56,138 bases of DNA from Archaeoglobus sp. JdFR-37 (GCA_002010215.1 MTMY01000032.1:62001-118138), one strand, 5' to 3'. Shown: positions 10,076 through 19,931, counted from the first letter of the stretch. The notes: generated by a model from the sequence alone, not told the origin. Program-made: numbers and translations.

Positions 10076-10488
10076 TGGGTGACGTGATGAGTGATGGTAA
10101 GACTGAGGAATTGAAAACCCATAGACTTGCTTCAATGTGCCTTGTGGGTAAGGTTATTGAGCTGGGCGATGGCTATTCTAGGGTAAAGCTCGAATGCGGC
10201 CCTGAGATGGCGGTTGATGAGAAGGGGCTTATACATGGCGGCTTCACCTTCGGCTGTGCAGACCTAGCTGCTATGGTGGCTGTGAATCACCCGAATGTTG
10301 TGCTCGGTAAAGCTGAGGTAAGATTTACAAAGCCCATAAGGGTTGGTGATATTATCGAGGCGGAAGCAAGAGTTGTGGAAGTTTCGGGAAAAAGGCATGT
10401 CGTTGATGTGATTGTAAAAAGAGGGGGCGAAACGGTTCTGGAGGGTAAATTTTACTGTTACGTCCTAGAGAAACACGTTCTTGACTGA
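10075..10488 (+). CDS. PaaI family hotdog-fold thioesterase
   Basis: GLIHGGFTFGCADLAAM, VRFTKPIRVGD; TAATG coupling to the ASCH gene. Confidence 0.88.
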   Translation: MGDVMSDGKTEELKTHRLASMCLVGKVIELGDGYSRVKLECGPEMAVDEKGLIHGGFTFGCADLAAMVAVNHPNVVLGKAEVRFTKPIRVGDIIEAEARVVEVSGKRHVVDVIVKRGGETVLEGKFYCYVLEKHVLD

Positions 10489-10610
10489 ATTTTTGAATTT
10501 TTCCTGAAAATGATTCAAGAATTGGCACTCATGCCTTATCGCGAGATTTCAGAAAGCTTCCAAAATCAGGTAGGCAACCTTTAAATTCCATCGGCAACAA
10601 GCTGCAAGAG

Positions 10611-11426
10611 ATGAGTGAAGAGAAACGTGAGGATAAGCTTGTCATAAAGAGACAGGGATTCCCTTCAAAAGGTGAAATAGTCATAGGTACTGTTACCCGT
10701 GTTCTTGATTTCGGAGCCTTCGTAAGCCTAGATGAATATGAAAACAAAGAGGGAATGGTTCACATCAGCGAAGTTGCCCCAGGATGGATCAAGGATATAC
10801 GTGATTATGTTAAAAAGGGACAGAAGGTTGTTTGCAAGGTTCTAGATATCAATCCAAAAAGGGGTCACATTGATCTCAGCATAAAGGACGTCAACGAAAG
10901 GCAGAGGAAGGAGAAGATTCAGCAGTGGAAGGGAGAGATGAGAGCTTTCAAGTGGCTAGAGATTGCGGGACAGCAGGCAGGGACGGAGAGAGATCAGTTG
11001 ATCGAGATCGGTAGAAAGCTCATAAAGGAATACGATTCGATTTATGCAGCCTTCGAGGAGGCAGCATACGAGGGCTACGAAGTGCTCATACCGATAACCG
11101 GAGAGGAGCTGGCAAAGGCTATAGGTGAGATTGCCAGAGAAAACATAAAACCACCAAGGGTAAAGGTGAGAGGATATTTCATTCTCAAAAGTACGGCTCC
11201 TGATGGAATAGAAAGGATAAAGAAGGCCCTATCAGAGGTTTACAAAATTAAGAAGGATGATGTAGATTTTGAAATCGAATATATCGGTGCACCGCGCTAC
11301 AGAATCGTACTTGAATGCGAAGACTACAAGACTGCGGAAAAAACCCTCAAAACAGCGGCAGATAAAGTTCTTAAAGCCATAAAGAAGCTGGGAGGAGAGG
11401 GCGAGTTCGTAAGGGAGGCAGCCTGA
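10611..11426 (+). CDS. eif2a: Translation initiation factor aIF-2 alpha subunit
   Basis: S1 domain GAFVSLDEY...HISEV...GHIDLS; YIGAPRYRI; conserved synteny with nop10 and PAC2. Confidence 0.97.
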   Translation: MSEEKREDKLVIKRQGFPSKGEIVIGTVTRVLDFGAFVSLDEYENKEGMVHISEVAPGWIKDIRDYVKKGQKVVCKVLDINPKRGHIDLSIKDVNERQRKEKIQQWKGEMRAFKWLEIAGQQAGTERDQLIEIGRKLIKEYDSIYAAFEEAAYEGYEVLIPITGEELAKAIGEIARENIKPPRVKVRGYFILKSTAPDGIERIKKALSEVYKIKKDDVDFEIEYIGAPRYRIVLECEDYKTAEKTLKTAADKVLKAIKKLGGEGEFVREAA

Positions 11427-11623
11427 TGAAAGTAAACATAAGGAAGTGCTGCGAGTGCGGCAGATATACGCTGAAAGATGTATGTTTCTGCGGTGGAAAG
11501 ACGTATATGCCAATTCCTCCCCGCTTTTCTCCTGAAGACCCTTACGGGAAATATAGGAGAAAGCTCAGAAAGGAGTTGGGCTTCTTTGCATTGAGGAGGT
11601 GCCAGAATGCTGCAGAGAGTTGA
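11426..11623 (+). CDS. nop10: H/ACA RNP protein Nop10
   Basis: RKCCECGRYTLKDVC...PPRFSPEDPYGKYRR. Confidence 0.95.
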   Translation: MKVNIRKCCECGRYTLKDVCFCGGKTYMPIPPRFSPEDPYGKYRRKLRKELGFFALRRCQNAAES

Positions 11624-12386
11624 TGTAAGATTCATCAAAACCCCCGAAGAAGTGGGACTGAAAAATCCCATATTTATAGAAGGTTTGCCTGGAATCGGGC
11701 ACGTGGGAAAGCTTGTGGCTGATCACCTAGTCAAGGAGCTAGGTGCGGAGAAGATCGTTGAAATATATTCCCACCACTTCCCACCACAAGTTATGGTAAT
11801 GGAAGATGGCCTGATCAGAATGCCGAAAAATGAGGTCTATGCTGTCAGCGCCCATAACAACGCCCCCGACCTTCTGATACTGGTTGGAGACTTCCAGAGC
11901 ATAAGCAGCGAAGGTCATTATGAGCTTGTAAATGCGTATCTGGACATAGCCAAGAAGTTTGGGGTGAAGAAGATATTTACCCTTGGAGGTTACGGAATAG
12001 GAAGACTGGTTGATGAGCCATACGTGCTGGGAGCCACAAACAGCAAGGAGCTCATGGACGAGCTTAAGAAATATGGAGTCAGATTTGAAGCTAACGAGCC
12101 AGGAGGGGGAATTATCGGAGCTTCAGGCCTCCTTCTAGGAGTTTCATATCTTGAGGGAATTGAGGCTGCATGCTTGATGGGAGTAACATCTGGCTACATG
12201 GTGGACCCGAAAAGTGCAAAAGCCGTGCTTGACGTGCTGATGAAGATACTCCACATAGAGGTAAGCGTTGAGGCTCTGGAAGAGAGAGCCAAGGAAATGG
12301 AGAGGCTAATTGCCCAGATCAAGGAAATTCAGGAGGCTTCAATGCAGCAGTGGAAGAGCGACGAGGATCTGAGATATTTCAGATAA
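11607..12386 (+). CDS. PAC2 family proteasome assembly chaperone
   Basis: EGLPGIGHVGKL, HFPPQV, TLGG, CLMGVTSGYMVDP. Confidence 0.92.
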   Translation: MLQRVDVRFIKTPEEVGLKNPIFIEGLPGIGHVGKLVADHLVKELGAEKIVEIYSHHFPPQVMVMEDGLIRMPKNEVYAVSAHNNAPDLLILVGDFQSISSEGHYELVNAYLDIAKKFGVKKIFTLGGYGIGRLVDEPYVLGATNSKELMDELKKYGVRFEANEPGGGIIGASGLLLGVSYLEGIEAACLMGVTSGYMVDPKSAKAVLDVLMKILHIEVSVEALEERAKEMERLIAQIKEIQEASMQQWKSDEDLRYFR

Positions 12387-12419
12387 CTTTTTTACGAATT
12401 TTTAACAATATCCACTTGT

Positions 12420-12581
12420 ATGCCAGTGTGTGGAGAATGCGTTTATTTCGTGCCAGATTACAGAAAAGCAGGATTCTGCACAAACACTGAATCGCCAAAA
12501 CCCTCTCCCACGGGATGTGCTGGTTTGCCCTTCAAAAGGGTGTTTTATCATGAGGGGGGCTGCTCGAAATTTGAGGGTTAA
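12420..12581 (+). CDS. Unannotated 53-aa Cys-rich microprotein (CxxCxxF...GxC...CxxF)
   Basis: Manual translation MPVCGECVYFVPDYRKAGFCTNTESPKPSPTGCAGLPFKRVFYHEGGCSKFEG; fills the gap after PAC2 and stops 1 nt before the DUF72 GTG. Confidence 0.7.
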   Translation: MPVCGECVYFVPDYRKAGFCTNTESPKPSPTGCAGLPFKRVFYHEGGCSKFEG

Positions 12582-12582
12582 G

Positions 12583-13263
12583 GTGAAGGTTGGATGTTGC
12601 GGTTTTCCAGTTTCCATGAAGAAGTACTTCCAAGAGTTCAGGCTTGTTGAGGTCCAGAAGACCTTCTACAAACCTCCATCTCTGGACACTCTGAAAAACT
12701 GGCGGAAGAACGCTCATGAAGACTTCGAATTCACAGTCAAAGCCTGGCAGAAAATTACCCATCCCCCCTCCAGCCCCACCTACAGGAAGGCTGGCATCGA
12801 AGGAGAGGATTGCGGATTTTTCAAGCCCACGCAGGAAGTGTTTGAAGCTTATGAAGTGACGAAAGAAGTAGCAAAAGTCTTGAAGGCTAATATAATCGTT
12901 TTCCAGACGCCTAAGAGCTTTTCTGAAAGTGAAGAAAGCATGCAAAACCTACGGGAGTTTTTCTCGTCCATTCAGGATGAATTCGTTTTTGTCTGGGAAC
13001 CCAGAGGGTGGAGTGACGAGAGCGTTGCATCTATTTGTGGAGAACTCAATCTCATCCATGCCGTTGATCCTTTCGTCCAGAAACCCCTCTATGGCGAAAT
13101 AAACTACTTCAGACTTCATGGAGCCCATAAAAAGATGTACAGGCATAAGTACAGTGATGAGGAGCTCAAACAGCTGTTGGAGTTCTGTGTTAGGGAGAGC
13201 TATGTGCTATTCAACAATGTTTACATGTATGAAGATGCTAGGAGGTTTTTGGGACTAATTTGA
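12583..13263 (+). CDS. DUF72 domain protein
   Basis: MKVGCCGF, VEVQKTFY, FTVKAWQKITH, FQTP, WEPRG, YFRLHG, LFNN; GTG 12583 with upstream GAGGG is more plausible than the track start at 12430. Confidence 0.9.
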   Translation: MKVGCCGFPVSMKKYFQEFRLVEVQKTFYKPPSLDTLKNWRKNAHEDFEFTVKAWQKITHPPSSPTYRKAGIEGEDCGFFKPTQEVFEAYEVTKEVAKVLKANIIVFQTPKSFSESEESMQNLREFFSSIQDEFVFVWEPRGWSDESVASICGELNLIHAVDPFVQKPLYGEINYFRLHGAHKKMYRHKYSDEELKQLLEFCVRESYVLFNNVYMYEDARRFLGLI

Positions 13264-13344
13264 ACCCTCAGACGGCAGATAGCCAAAACAGAAAAGTTAA
13301 TTAATAATTATAGTAGATAAAGGATGAACATATGGGGATGAAAC

Positions 13345-14025
13345 ATGGAGTTTTTACTGATATCGCTCATACTTTTATTCATTTCTGTGTGGGCCCTGAT
13401 GGTTCTGAACTCTCAGAACGAGGGCAAACTTTCGATACTTAATCAGTACTGGGAGCTGGTATCATATGGTATCGGGCTTTTACTGATATTCATAGGGTTA
13501 ATATACCTCCTGATCTTCGTGGGCCTCTTCATTGGCAGTTTTTCTATTATATTCCCCCATGTCATCGGTGTGGCAATCCTCTACATCCCCATTGCAGCAG
13601 CATTTCTTGTGTGGATTCGCAAAATAGGGATAAATATCGCAGAACCGAGTGGCAAGTTCCTGAACATTGTTACATACATCGCGGTTTCTTGGATATTACT
13701 TCAGCACATCGAGTTGATTGTAAGACCTTCCGTGCCCTATACTGCCCTAGGTATAATTTCATTGACAATTTCTCTCCTCGTTTTTTTCGCATCTGCCTCT
13801 CTCCTGAGATACAGAAAGTTAATGAAGAGGCATATGCTCCTGCCACTAAACCTCAATCCTTTGTTAAATGGTGTATTTGTGACATTCGCCTTCATCAGCT
13901 TGGCGGGAGTTTCTGCAAGTCTCGGACTCTTTCTGACGCACGTTCTTTCCTGCCTCATTGGTGCTCTGGTTATCACCTACTTCGTTGTTGATTTTATAAG
14001 GGAGGTAAAGATCTATTTGAAATGA
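13345..14025 (+). CDS. Polytopic membrane protein of unknown function, upstream of the signalling cluster
   Basis: About 7 hydrophobic segments; GGGG SD-like element upstream. Confidence 0.7.
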   Translation: MEFLLISLILLFISVWALMVLNSQNEGKLSILNQYWELVSYGIGLLLIFIGLIYLLIFVGLFIGSFSIIFPHVIGVAILYIPIAAAFLVWIRKIGINIAEPSGKFLNIVTYIAVSWILLQHIELIVRPSVPYTALGIISLTISLLVFFASASLLRYRKLMKRHMLLPLNLNPLLNGVFVTFAFISLAGVSASLGLFLTHVLSCLIGALVITYFVVDFIREVKIYLK

Positions 14026-14137
14026 TATTTTGTGGAACCTATCCAAGATTCGACACCACGTTATAATTTACACGTAAACCTTATAAATATGTGCTTGCCA
14101 AAATGTACCAATATCTAATGATCTGAGCTGGTCCTGG

Positions 14138-17100
14138 ATGGTTAATCGGGAGATACCTGAAAGTTCAGGAGAAGATGATGCTGGTAGGACGGTAGGAGAG
14201 AAAAATAGGCTTGAAAGCCTTATCGATTCTATAAAAAGTATTGTGTGGGAGGCTGATGTAGAAACGTTTCAGTTCACCTATGTGAACAAGCAGGCTGAGC
14301 GAATTCTGGGTTATCCTTTAGAGGACTGGAAGAAGCATAGGTTCTGGTTCAGCGTTCTTCATCCTGATGACAGTGAATCAGTCATTTCTAACTGCAGAAA
14401 AGCTATCGCCGATAAAAAAGATTTCAGGTTAGAGTACAGAGCAATTGCTGCTGACGGGAGTGTTGTATGGTTTGAAGATATCGTTACAGTGGTTGTGGAA
14501 GATGACCGGCCTGTGAAAATCAGAGGAGCCATGGTAGATATTACTGATAAGAAGAGAGTAGAGAGGGCTTTCAGAGTGCTCAATCAGTTTAGCAGGGCAT
14601 TGATGAGAGCTGAAAATGAGAACAGTTTGCTCAACGATACATGCAAGATAATCGTCGAAGATGGAGGATATATCTATGTCTGGATCGGTTATGCCATGCC
14701 TGATAAAACTGTGAAGCCGGTGGCAAGAGCTGGCAAAGATGGCTATGCTGAGGCGATAAAGGATACATGGGTTGAAAGTGAAACCAGAAAAGGCCCTACA
14801 GGAGCAGCAATAAGGGAAAAAACAGTAGTAATCGCCAGATATTTAGATACTGGGGGATTTTCCAAGTCCTGGAGCGAGGAGGCTTTGAGGAGGGTTTTTG
14901 CATCCTCAATCGCTCTACCTCTCAAACATGAAGGCGATGTGCTGGGGGCCCTTAATATTTATTCATCCGAAAAGAATTCCTTTGATGAAAAGGAGGTTGA
15001 GCTGCTCAGCGAACTTGCGGACAATCTCGCATACGGTATTGCCTTAATGAGACTTGAAAAAAGAAGGAGAAGGATGGAGAAACTACTTGAATCATTGTGG
15101 GAAATAGCCAGTCTCGAAGCTGATTTCAAGACGCTTTGTAATCGAACTCTTTATGAAATTCTCCAGCTCACCAGCAGCAAATACGGCTTCTTTGGCTCCA
15201 TTGAAGGCGATGTTCTTGTAGTCCATGCCTGGAGTGAAGACGTCATGGAAGAGTGTCGAATAGATAGAATCTATAGATTTCCCATTGAAGGTGCCGGACT
15301 CTGGGCCGATGCTGTAAGGGAGAAAAGAGATGTTATTATCAATGACTACAGCAGCTATTCAGGCAGAAAAGGAACTCCTGAAGGCCATGTGCCTCTTAAA
15401 AATCTGCTCTTTGTACCTGTTTTCAGTGGGGAAGAGGTAGTCTCACTGGCCGCCGTTGCAAACAGGGAGGGAAACTATGATGAAGAAGATGCAGAACTCA
15501 TCAGGATTTTTCTGGCAAACGTTCAAAAGGTGCTGGAGAGGGCCAGACTTAAAGAGCAGCTCAGAGCAATTCTAGAGAATATTGTTGATGTGATTTTAAT
15601 AGCTGATTTTGAAGGCAACATAAAATTCGTCTCCCCTTCCATTGAGTTTATTTCCGGATACAGACCTGAAGAGATTATGGGCAGACATGTTCTTGAGTTT
15701 GCACATCCTGAAGATTATGAAACCATTCTCAAAAGCATGTCCAAGCTGGCTGAGAACCCCGGTATAGCTATGAGGGCTGAATTCAGGGCCAGAAGCAAAG
15801 ATGGCACTTGGAAGCATTTTGAGGCCATCGGAAAGAATCTCGGTGATATACCTGGAATAGAAGGAATAATGGCAAATATCAGGGACATAACCGAAAGAAA
15901 AAAGCTGGAGGAGCTCTATAGCACTGTAATTGAAAATACTGGAACGGGGATGTTATTGCTGGAAGGATTGAGGGTAAGCTTTGCCAATAGACAGGCGGAG
16001 ATGATTCTGGGAAGTGTGAAGGATATTAGAGATATTCTATTCGGGGATGATCTAGAGAGGGTGCTGGAAAAAATCAGAATTCTGGAGGTTGAACCCTCAA
16101 GATCTCCAGAATCCTTTGAAGCAAGAGTTAAGGATAGAGAAGGGAAGATAAGAAATGCTGTGCTGACAGTCTCCTTGATTCCTGGGACAAAAAGCAAAAT
16201 AGTATCAATCCTAGACGTTACGGAGCTGAAGGAAGCTGAGAGGAAAATGAGAGAGAGTGAGGAAAGATACAGAACACTCTTTAAAAAATCCAGAGATGCA
16301 ATTGTGCTTACAGGTATGGATGGAAGGATAATCGACTGCAATGATGCCGCTTTGAAGCTTGTGGGGATGAGTAAAGCAGAGGTAATCGGAAAACCCTTCA
16401 CAGAGCTGAACCTAATTGAGAGAGAAGATATCCCATACCTGATGGAACTCTTTTTCAGAGGGGTCAGGGAAGAGATAAGCATGGTGGAGATTAAGGCGAA
16501 GAGAGGAGATGAGACCAGATGGTTTGAAGTTTCACCCACTGTGCTGAAGCAGAAAGGAGAACCATACGCTTTTCTCAACATAATCAGAGATGTCACAGAA
16601 CGAAAAAAAGCTGAGGAAGAGTTGATGTTCACTCTTGAAAGGCTCAAAATTCTGCATGAACTAGATCAGGGGATTATAACGGGAAGGTCATTTAAGGAGA
16701 TTGCCGTGACAGGTTTGCAGCATATGGTGGAGTTTACAGGCAGCGACATGGGCGTTCTTTTCACTCTAGATCCAGGGAGGAGAAATCTGGTTCCTATAGC
16801 AGTCCATCCCGCTCATATAGTATGCAAAGACTATATTCCCACAAATCACATGAGGAATCTAAATGCTCTCATGCAGGGGGAGGTTGTAAGAATTGACAAC
16901 CTGTTGGAGCTTAATGACTTCGCAGAACCTGAAAAGTTCATGCTGAAAGCAGGTATTCGTTCCTACATCCAGATCCCGCTGAGAGTTAGAGGCGAAATAA
17001 TGGGCATCCTTCTCTTGACCTCAAAGAAAATCGGTACCTTTGAAAGAGTATCCGAATTTCTGAAAGAGATATCAGACCAGCTCGCCATTGCTTTACAAGA

Positions 17101-17368
17101 GGCAAGACTTTTTGATATGAGAATAGAGTCCATAAGACAGATAGAGCGTAACATAGAGCAGTTTGCTGTACTTGTAGACCATATAAGAAACCCACTGGCA
17201 GCCATTGCTGGTATAACGGAAACTGAGATAAAGGATAGAAAAGTGGCAGAAAAAATTCAAAATCAGGTTCAAAGAATAAACAGGGTGGTAGAAAAGCTTG
17301 ATAAAGGCTGGATTCAGTCTGAGAAGATCAGAGAATTTCTGAAGAAGAGCTGGAGTAAAAATGAGTGA
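14138..17368 (+). CDS. Multi-sensor PAS/GAF protein with C-terminal HisKA (DHp) but no HATPase domain
   Basis: PAS/PAC motifs (DITDKK, DITERK, DVTELK, DVTERK), three GAF-like regions, H-box DHIRNPLAAI about 70 aa from the end. Confidence 0.9.
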   Translation: MVNREIPESSGEDDAGRTVGEKNRLESLIDSIKSIVWEADVETFQFTYVNKQAERILGYPLEDWKKHRFWFSVLHPDDSESVISNCRKAIADKKDFRLEYRAIAADGSVVWFEDIVTVVVEDDRPVKIRGAMVDITDKKRVERAFRVLNQFSRALMRAENENSLLNDTCKIIVEDGGYIYVWIGYAMPDKTVKPVARAGKDGYAEAIKDTWVESETRKGPTGAAIREKTVVIARYLDTGGFSKSWSEEALRRVFASSIALPLKHEGDVLGALNIYSSEKNSFDEKEVELLSELADNLAYGIALMRLEKRRRRMEKLLESLWEIASLEADFKTLCNRTLYEILQLTSSKYGFFGSIEGDVLVVHAWSEDVMEECRIDRIYRFPIEGAGLWADAVREKRDVIINDYSSYSGRKGTPEGHVPLKNLLFVPVFSGEEVVSLAAVANREGNYDEEDAELIRIFLANVQKVLERARLKEQLRAILENIVDVILIADFEGNIKFVSPSIEFISGYRPEEIMGRHVLEFAHPEDYETILKSMSKLAENPGIAMRAEFRARSKDGTWKHFEAIGKNLGDIPGIEGIMANIRDITERKKLEELYSTVIENTGTGMLLLEGLRVSFANRQAEMILGSVKDIRDILFGDDLERVLEKIRILEVEPSRSPESFEARVKDREGKIRNAVLTVSLIPGTKSKIVSILDVTELKEAERKMRESEERYRTLFKKSRDAIVLTGMDGRIIDCNDAALKLVGMSKAEVIGKPFTELNLIEREDIPYLMELFFRGVREEISMVEIKAKRGDETRWFEVSPTVLKQKGEPYAFLNIIRDVTERKKAEEELMFTLERLKILHELDQGIITGRSFKEIAVTGLQHMVEFTGSDMGVLFTLDPGRRNLVPIAVHPAHIVCKDYIPTNHMRNLNALMQGEVVRIDNLLELNDFAEPEKFMLKAGIRSYIQIPLRVRGEIMGILLLTSKKIGTFERVSEFLKEISDQLAIALQEARLFDMRIESIRQIERNIEQFAVLVDHIRNPLAAIAGITETEIKDRKVAEKIQNQVQRINRVVEKLDKGWIQSEKIREFLKKSWSKNE

Positions 17369-18416
17369 GCAGGATTTCTCTGAAAAAATAAAGATTATTG
17401 GCGAGGTTCTGGATAGCCTCCCGTTCTACGCAATGCTGGTGGATGAAGACCACAGAATACTTTTTGCCAACAACAAGGTTAGAGAAGAGTTCAAAAAGGA
17501 CGTGGGTGGAATTCTGGGTGAGTACTGTCCAAAAGCAATCCATGGAATGGATGAGCCATTTCCAGGCTGTCCTCTGGAAGAAGTTCTGGAAAATGAATGT
17601 AGCCCCATTGAGCGGGAAGTCTACGACGAAGAGAAGAATATCTGGCTCATTTCAGCCGTTTACCCCCTCAATCTGAAAACTGAAAAGAAAAAAAGGGTGT
17701 TTCTACATTTTGCGCGTGATATAACAGAGAGAAAGATGATAGAAAGAATTAGGAAAGAAAGAATGGAGCATATTGAAAAGGAAAAAAGGCTGAGCCAGGA
17801 GTTCAATGACATTCTTACCCTTATAAATAAAACAATCAGACACGACGTCATCAACAATCTTACAGCTATAATAGGGGCTCTAGAAGTTTACAGAGAGACG
17901 GGTGATGAAACATGGCTGGAAAAAATCTCGGACAAGGTGAAAAAGTGTGTTGAGATAATTGAGGGGACGAAAGATCTTGAAGTTCTTTATAGGGGAAAAG
18001 AAGTTCAGATTCTTAATATCAGAGAGGTTATAGAAGAGGTTGCTAAGGACTATGATGTGGATGTGAGAATTGATGGAAACTGCTACGCTTTTGCTGGCGA
18101 GGCAATATTTTCTGTCTTCGATAACCTCTTCGGAAATGCCATAAAACATGGAGGTGCAAGTAGAATTGATGTAAGTATCAAGACAAAGAACGGGACTTGT
18201 GAGATACGAGTTGCCGACAACGGAAGAGGCATTCCAGATGAAGTTAGGAACAGGATATTTGAAGGGGGCATCAGCTACGGTAATGCTGCGGGAACCGGAC
18301 TTGGGCTGTATATAGTCAGGAAAATAGTGGAGATCTACGGAGGTTCAGTAGATCTAGAAAGCAGTTCTGGAAGTGGAGCCGTTTTTGTGATAAGGCTGAA
18401 ATGTTATGAAATTTAA
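17361..18416 (+). CDS. PAS-domain histidine kinase
   Basis: H-box RHDVINNL, N-box NLFGNAIKHG, G1 DNGRGI, G2 GTGLGL. Confidence 0.93.
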   Translation: MSEQDFSEKIKIIGEVLDSLPFYAMLVDEDHRILFANNKVREEFKKDVGGILGEYCPKAIHGMDEPFPGCPLEEVLENECSPIEREVYDEEKNIWLISAVYPLNLKTEKKKRVFLHFARDITERKMIERIRKERMEHIEKEKRLSQEFNDILTLINKTIRHDVINNLTAIIGALEVYRETGDETWLEKISDKVKKCVEIIEGTKDLEVLYRGKEVQILNIREVIEEVAKDYDVDVRIDGNCYAFAGEAIFSVFDNLFGNAIKHGGASRIDVSIKTKNGTCEIRVADNGRGIPDEVRNRIFEGGISYGNAAGTGLGLYIVRKIVEIYGGSVDLESSSGSGAVFVIRLKCYEI

Positions 18417-18643
18417 ATAAAATTTTTTACTAATGTTTTAGCCAAAAGGGAATTCTTGAAAGGTTTAGAGGGTGTTTTGCACCTAACCATAAAGGTATAT
18501 GCCAGATGATGGACATAAACAATTCCTTATCCTTGCAGAAGGTTAGAAGTAAAAGAAATAATTTCGGGAAAAAATGAAGATTCAAAGCAAGCCACCACAA
18601 AGTATATGTGTATTTATCATTACGATTACCATCAGGTGACATC

Positions 18644-19009
18644 ATGAGAAAAGTGCTGATCGTGGATGATGACCAGATAGTGTTGGAAGTTCTCAAGATG
18701 ATGCTTTCCGACTACTATGATGTCATCACCGCATCAAACGGCAAAGAGGCAGTGGAGCTCTACAAAAGACAGAAGCCCGATATCGTGCTCATGGACATCC
18801 TTATGCCAAAGATGGATGGTATAGAAGCGACCAGAATAATAAAGTTGATTGATCCGGATGCCAAAATTCTTGCAATTACAGCCTACGCATCTCACAAAGG
18901 GAAGGAGATGCAAAAAGCCGGCGCTCTGGACATCATCGAGAAGCCTGTCAGGAAAATGGAGCTGGTCGAGAAGATTGAGAAGTATCTCGGTCCTATCAGA
19001 ACGGTTTGA
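18644..19009 (+). CDS. Single-domain response regulator (CheY-like receiver)
   Basis: VLIVDDD, MDILMPKMDG, ITA, KP; AGGTGA SD before ATG 18644. Confidence 0.93.
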   Translation: MRKVLIVDDDQIVLEVLKMMLSDYYDVITASNGKEAVELYKRQKPDIVLMDILMPKMDGIEATRIIKLIDPDAKILAITAYASHKGKEMQKAGALDIIEKPVRKMELVEKIEKYLGPIRTV

Positions 19010-19130
19010 TGATGCTGACTCAGATTAGCCAGATATGCCAGTTAAGTGTGTTTAGAGATATCTCTACCAGCTAAGCAGGCTGAATAATAATATAGACTGC
19101 TCTACACCTGAAATCTCATTTGAACTCTGC

Positions 19131-19925
19131 TCACCTCCTGAAAATCGACTCAAGAAACTCCCTTTCTTTCCTCAGCTCTTCTACCTTGGCTCTGTAATCC
19201 ATCAGCCCATAGCCCAGATCATCAAGCTCAACGGTTATAGCCCCTTCATATCCAGTATCTGCAATTTTTCTTAACGCTTCTTCAACCTTTTCGATCTTCT
19301 GACTTCTTCTGCAGGAAATGTGCCTCCCTGAATCGTCCCAGCCGCTCACATGAATGTTCTCTACCAGATCTATAAGTCTTAGCATGTTATGAAATTCTCC
19401 CGCCTTAAGAGCGTGGCTGATATCCAAGGTGATTCCCAGTCTGTAACGCTTTACATAGTACTCAACCTCATCAGCCCTTTTGCATAAGCTGTTAATCCTA
19501 GGCTCTGAATTCTCAAGCAATAACCTGACACCCTTCAATCTTGCATAACGGAAACAAATGCGGATATACCTGTCGAGAGCTCTTCGATCCTCCTCCACTG
19601 GATTTCTGGCAGCACTCCTCTTCCCTGCATGAATGGTGACAGGCACACATCCCAATTTCTGGGAGAGGGAGATAGAGTAAAGGGTTTCCCTAATTGTAAG
19701 TTCTGCAACTCTCTGATTGACACTGCAGGGGTTCAGATCGAGAACCGGGGCATGTAACGCAGGAATGAATTCCGCATATCTATTCAGCTCTGGAACATCT
19801 TGAGTTAGCCAGAAATGAGGAGTTTCAACCCAAAATTCCACACCATCATAACCTGCCTCAATACATGCCTGAAAAATTGTGGGAATAGAGTATTCATATA
19901 GAAACATGGTGGAAAAGAGCATCAT
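19131..19925 (-). CDS. Sugar phosphate isomerase/epimerase (AP endonuclease 2-like TIM barrel)
   Basis: GYDGVEFW, LHAP, TIHAG, LLEN, TLDISH, HVS, TVE. Confidence 0.82.
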   Translation of the reverse strand: MMLFSTMFLYEYSIPTIFQACIEAGYDGVEFWVETPHFWLTQDVPELNRYAEFIPALHAPVLDLNPCSVNQRVAELTIRETLYSISLSQKLGCVPVTIHAGKRSAARNPVEEDRRALDRYIRICFRYARLKGVRLLLENSEPRINSLCKRADEVEYYVKRYRLGITLDISHALKAGEFHNMLRLIDLVENIHVSGWDDSGRHISCRRSQKIEKVEEALRKIADTGYEGAITVELDDLGYGLMDYRAKVEELRKEREFLESIFRR

Positions 19926-19931
19926 AGAGCC

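Noticed and set aside
12430..12582. Long N-terminal extension of DUF72 in the ORF track
   Set aside because: Better explained by the overlapping-frame 53-aa microprotein and a GTG start at 12583.
19006..19083. Possible C/D box sRNA (TGATGA...CTGA) and palindrome TAGAGATATCTCTA
   Set aside because: The C box coincides with a stop codon, there are no properly spaced D'/C' boxes, and no recognisable guide.
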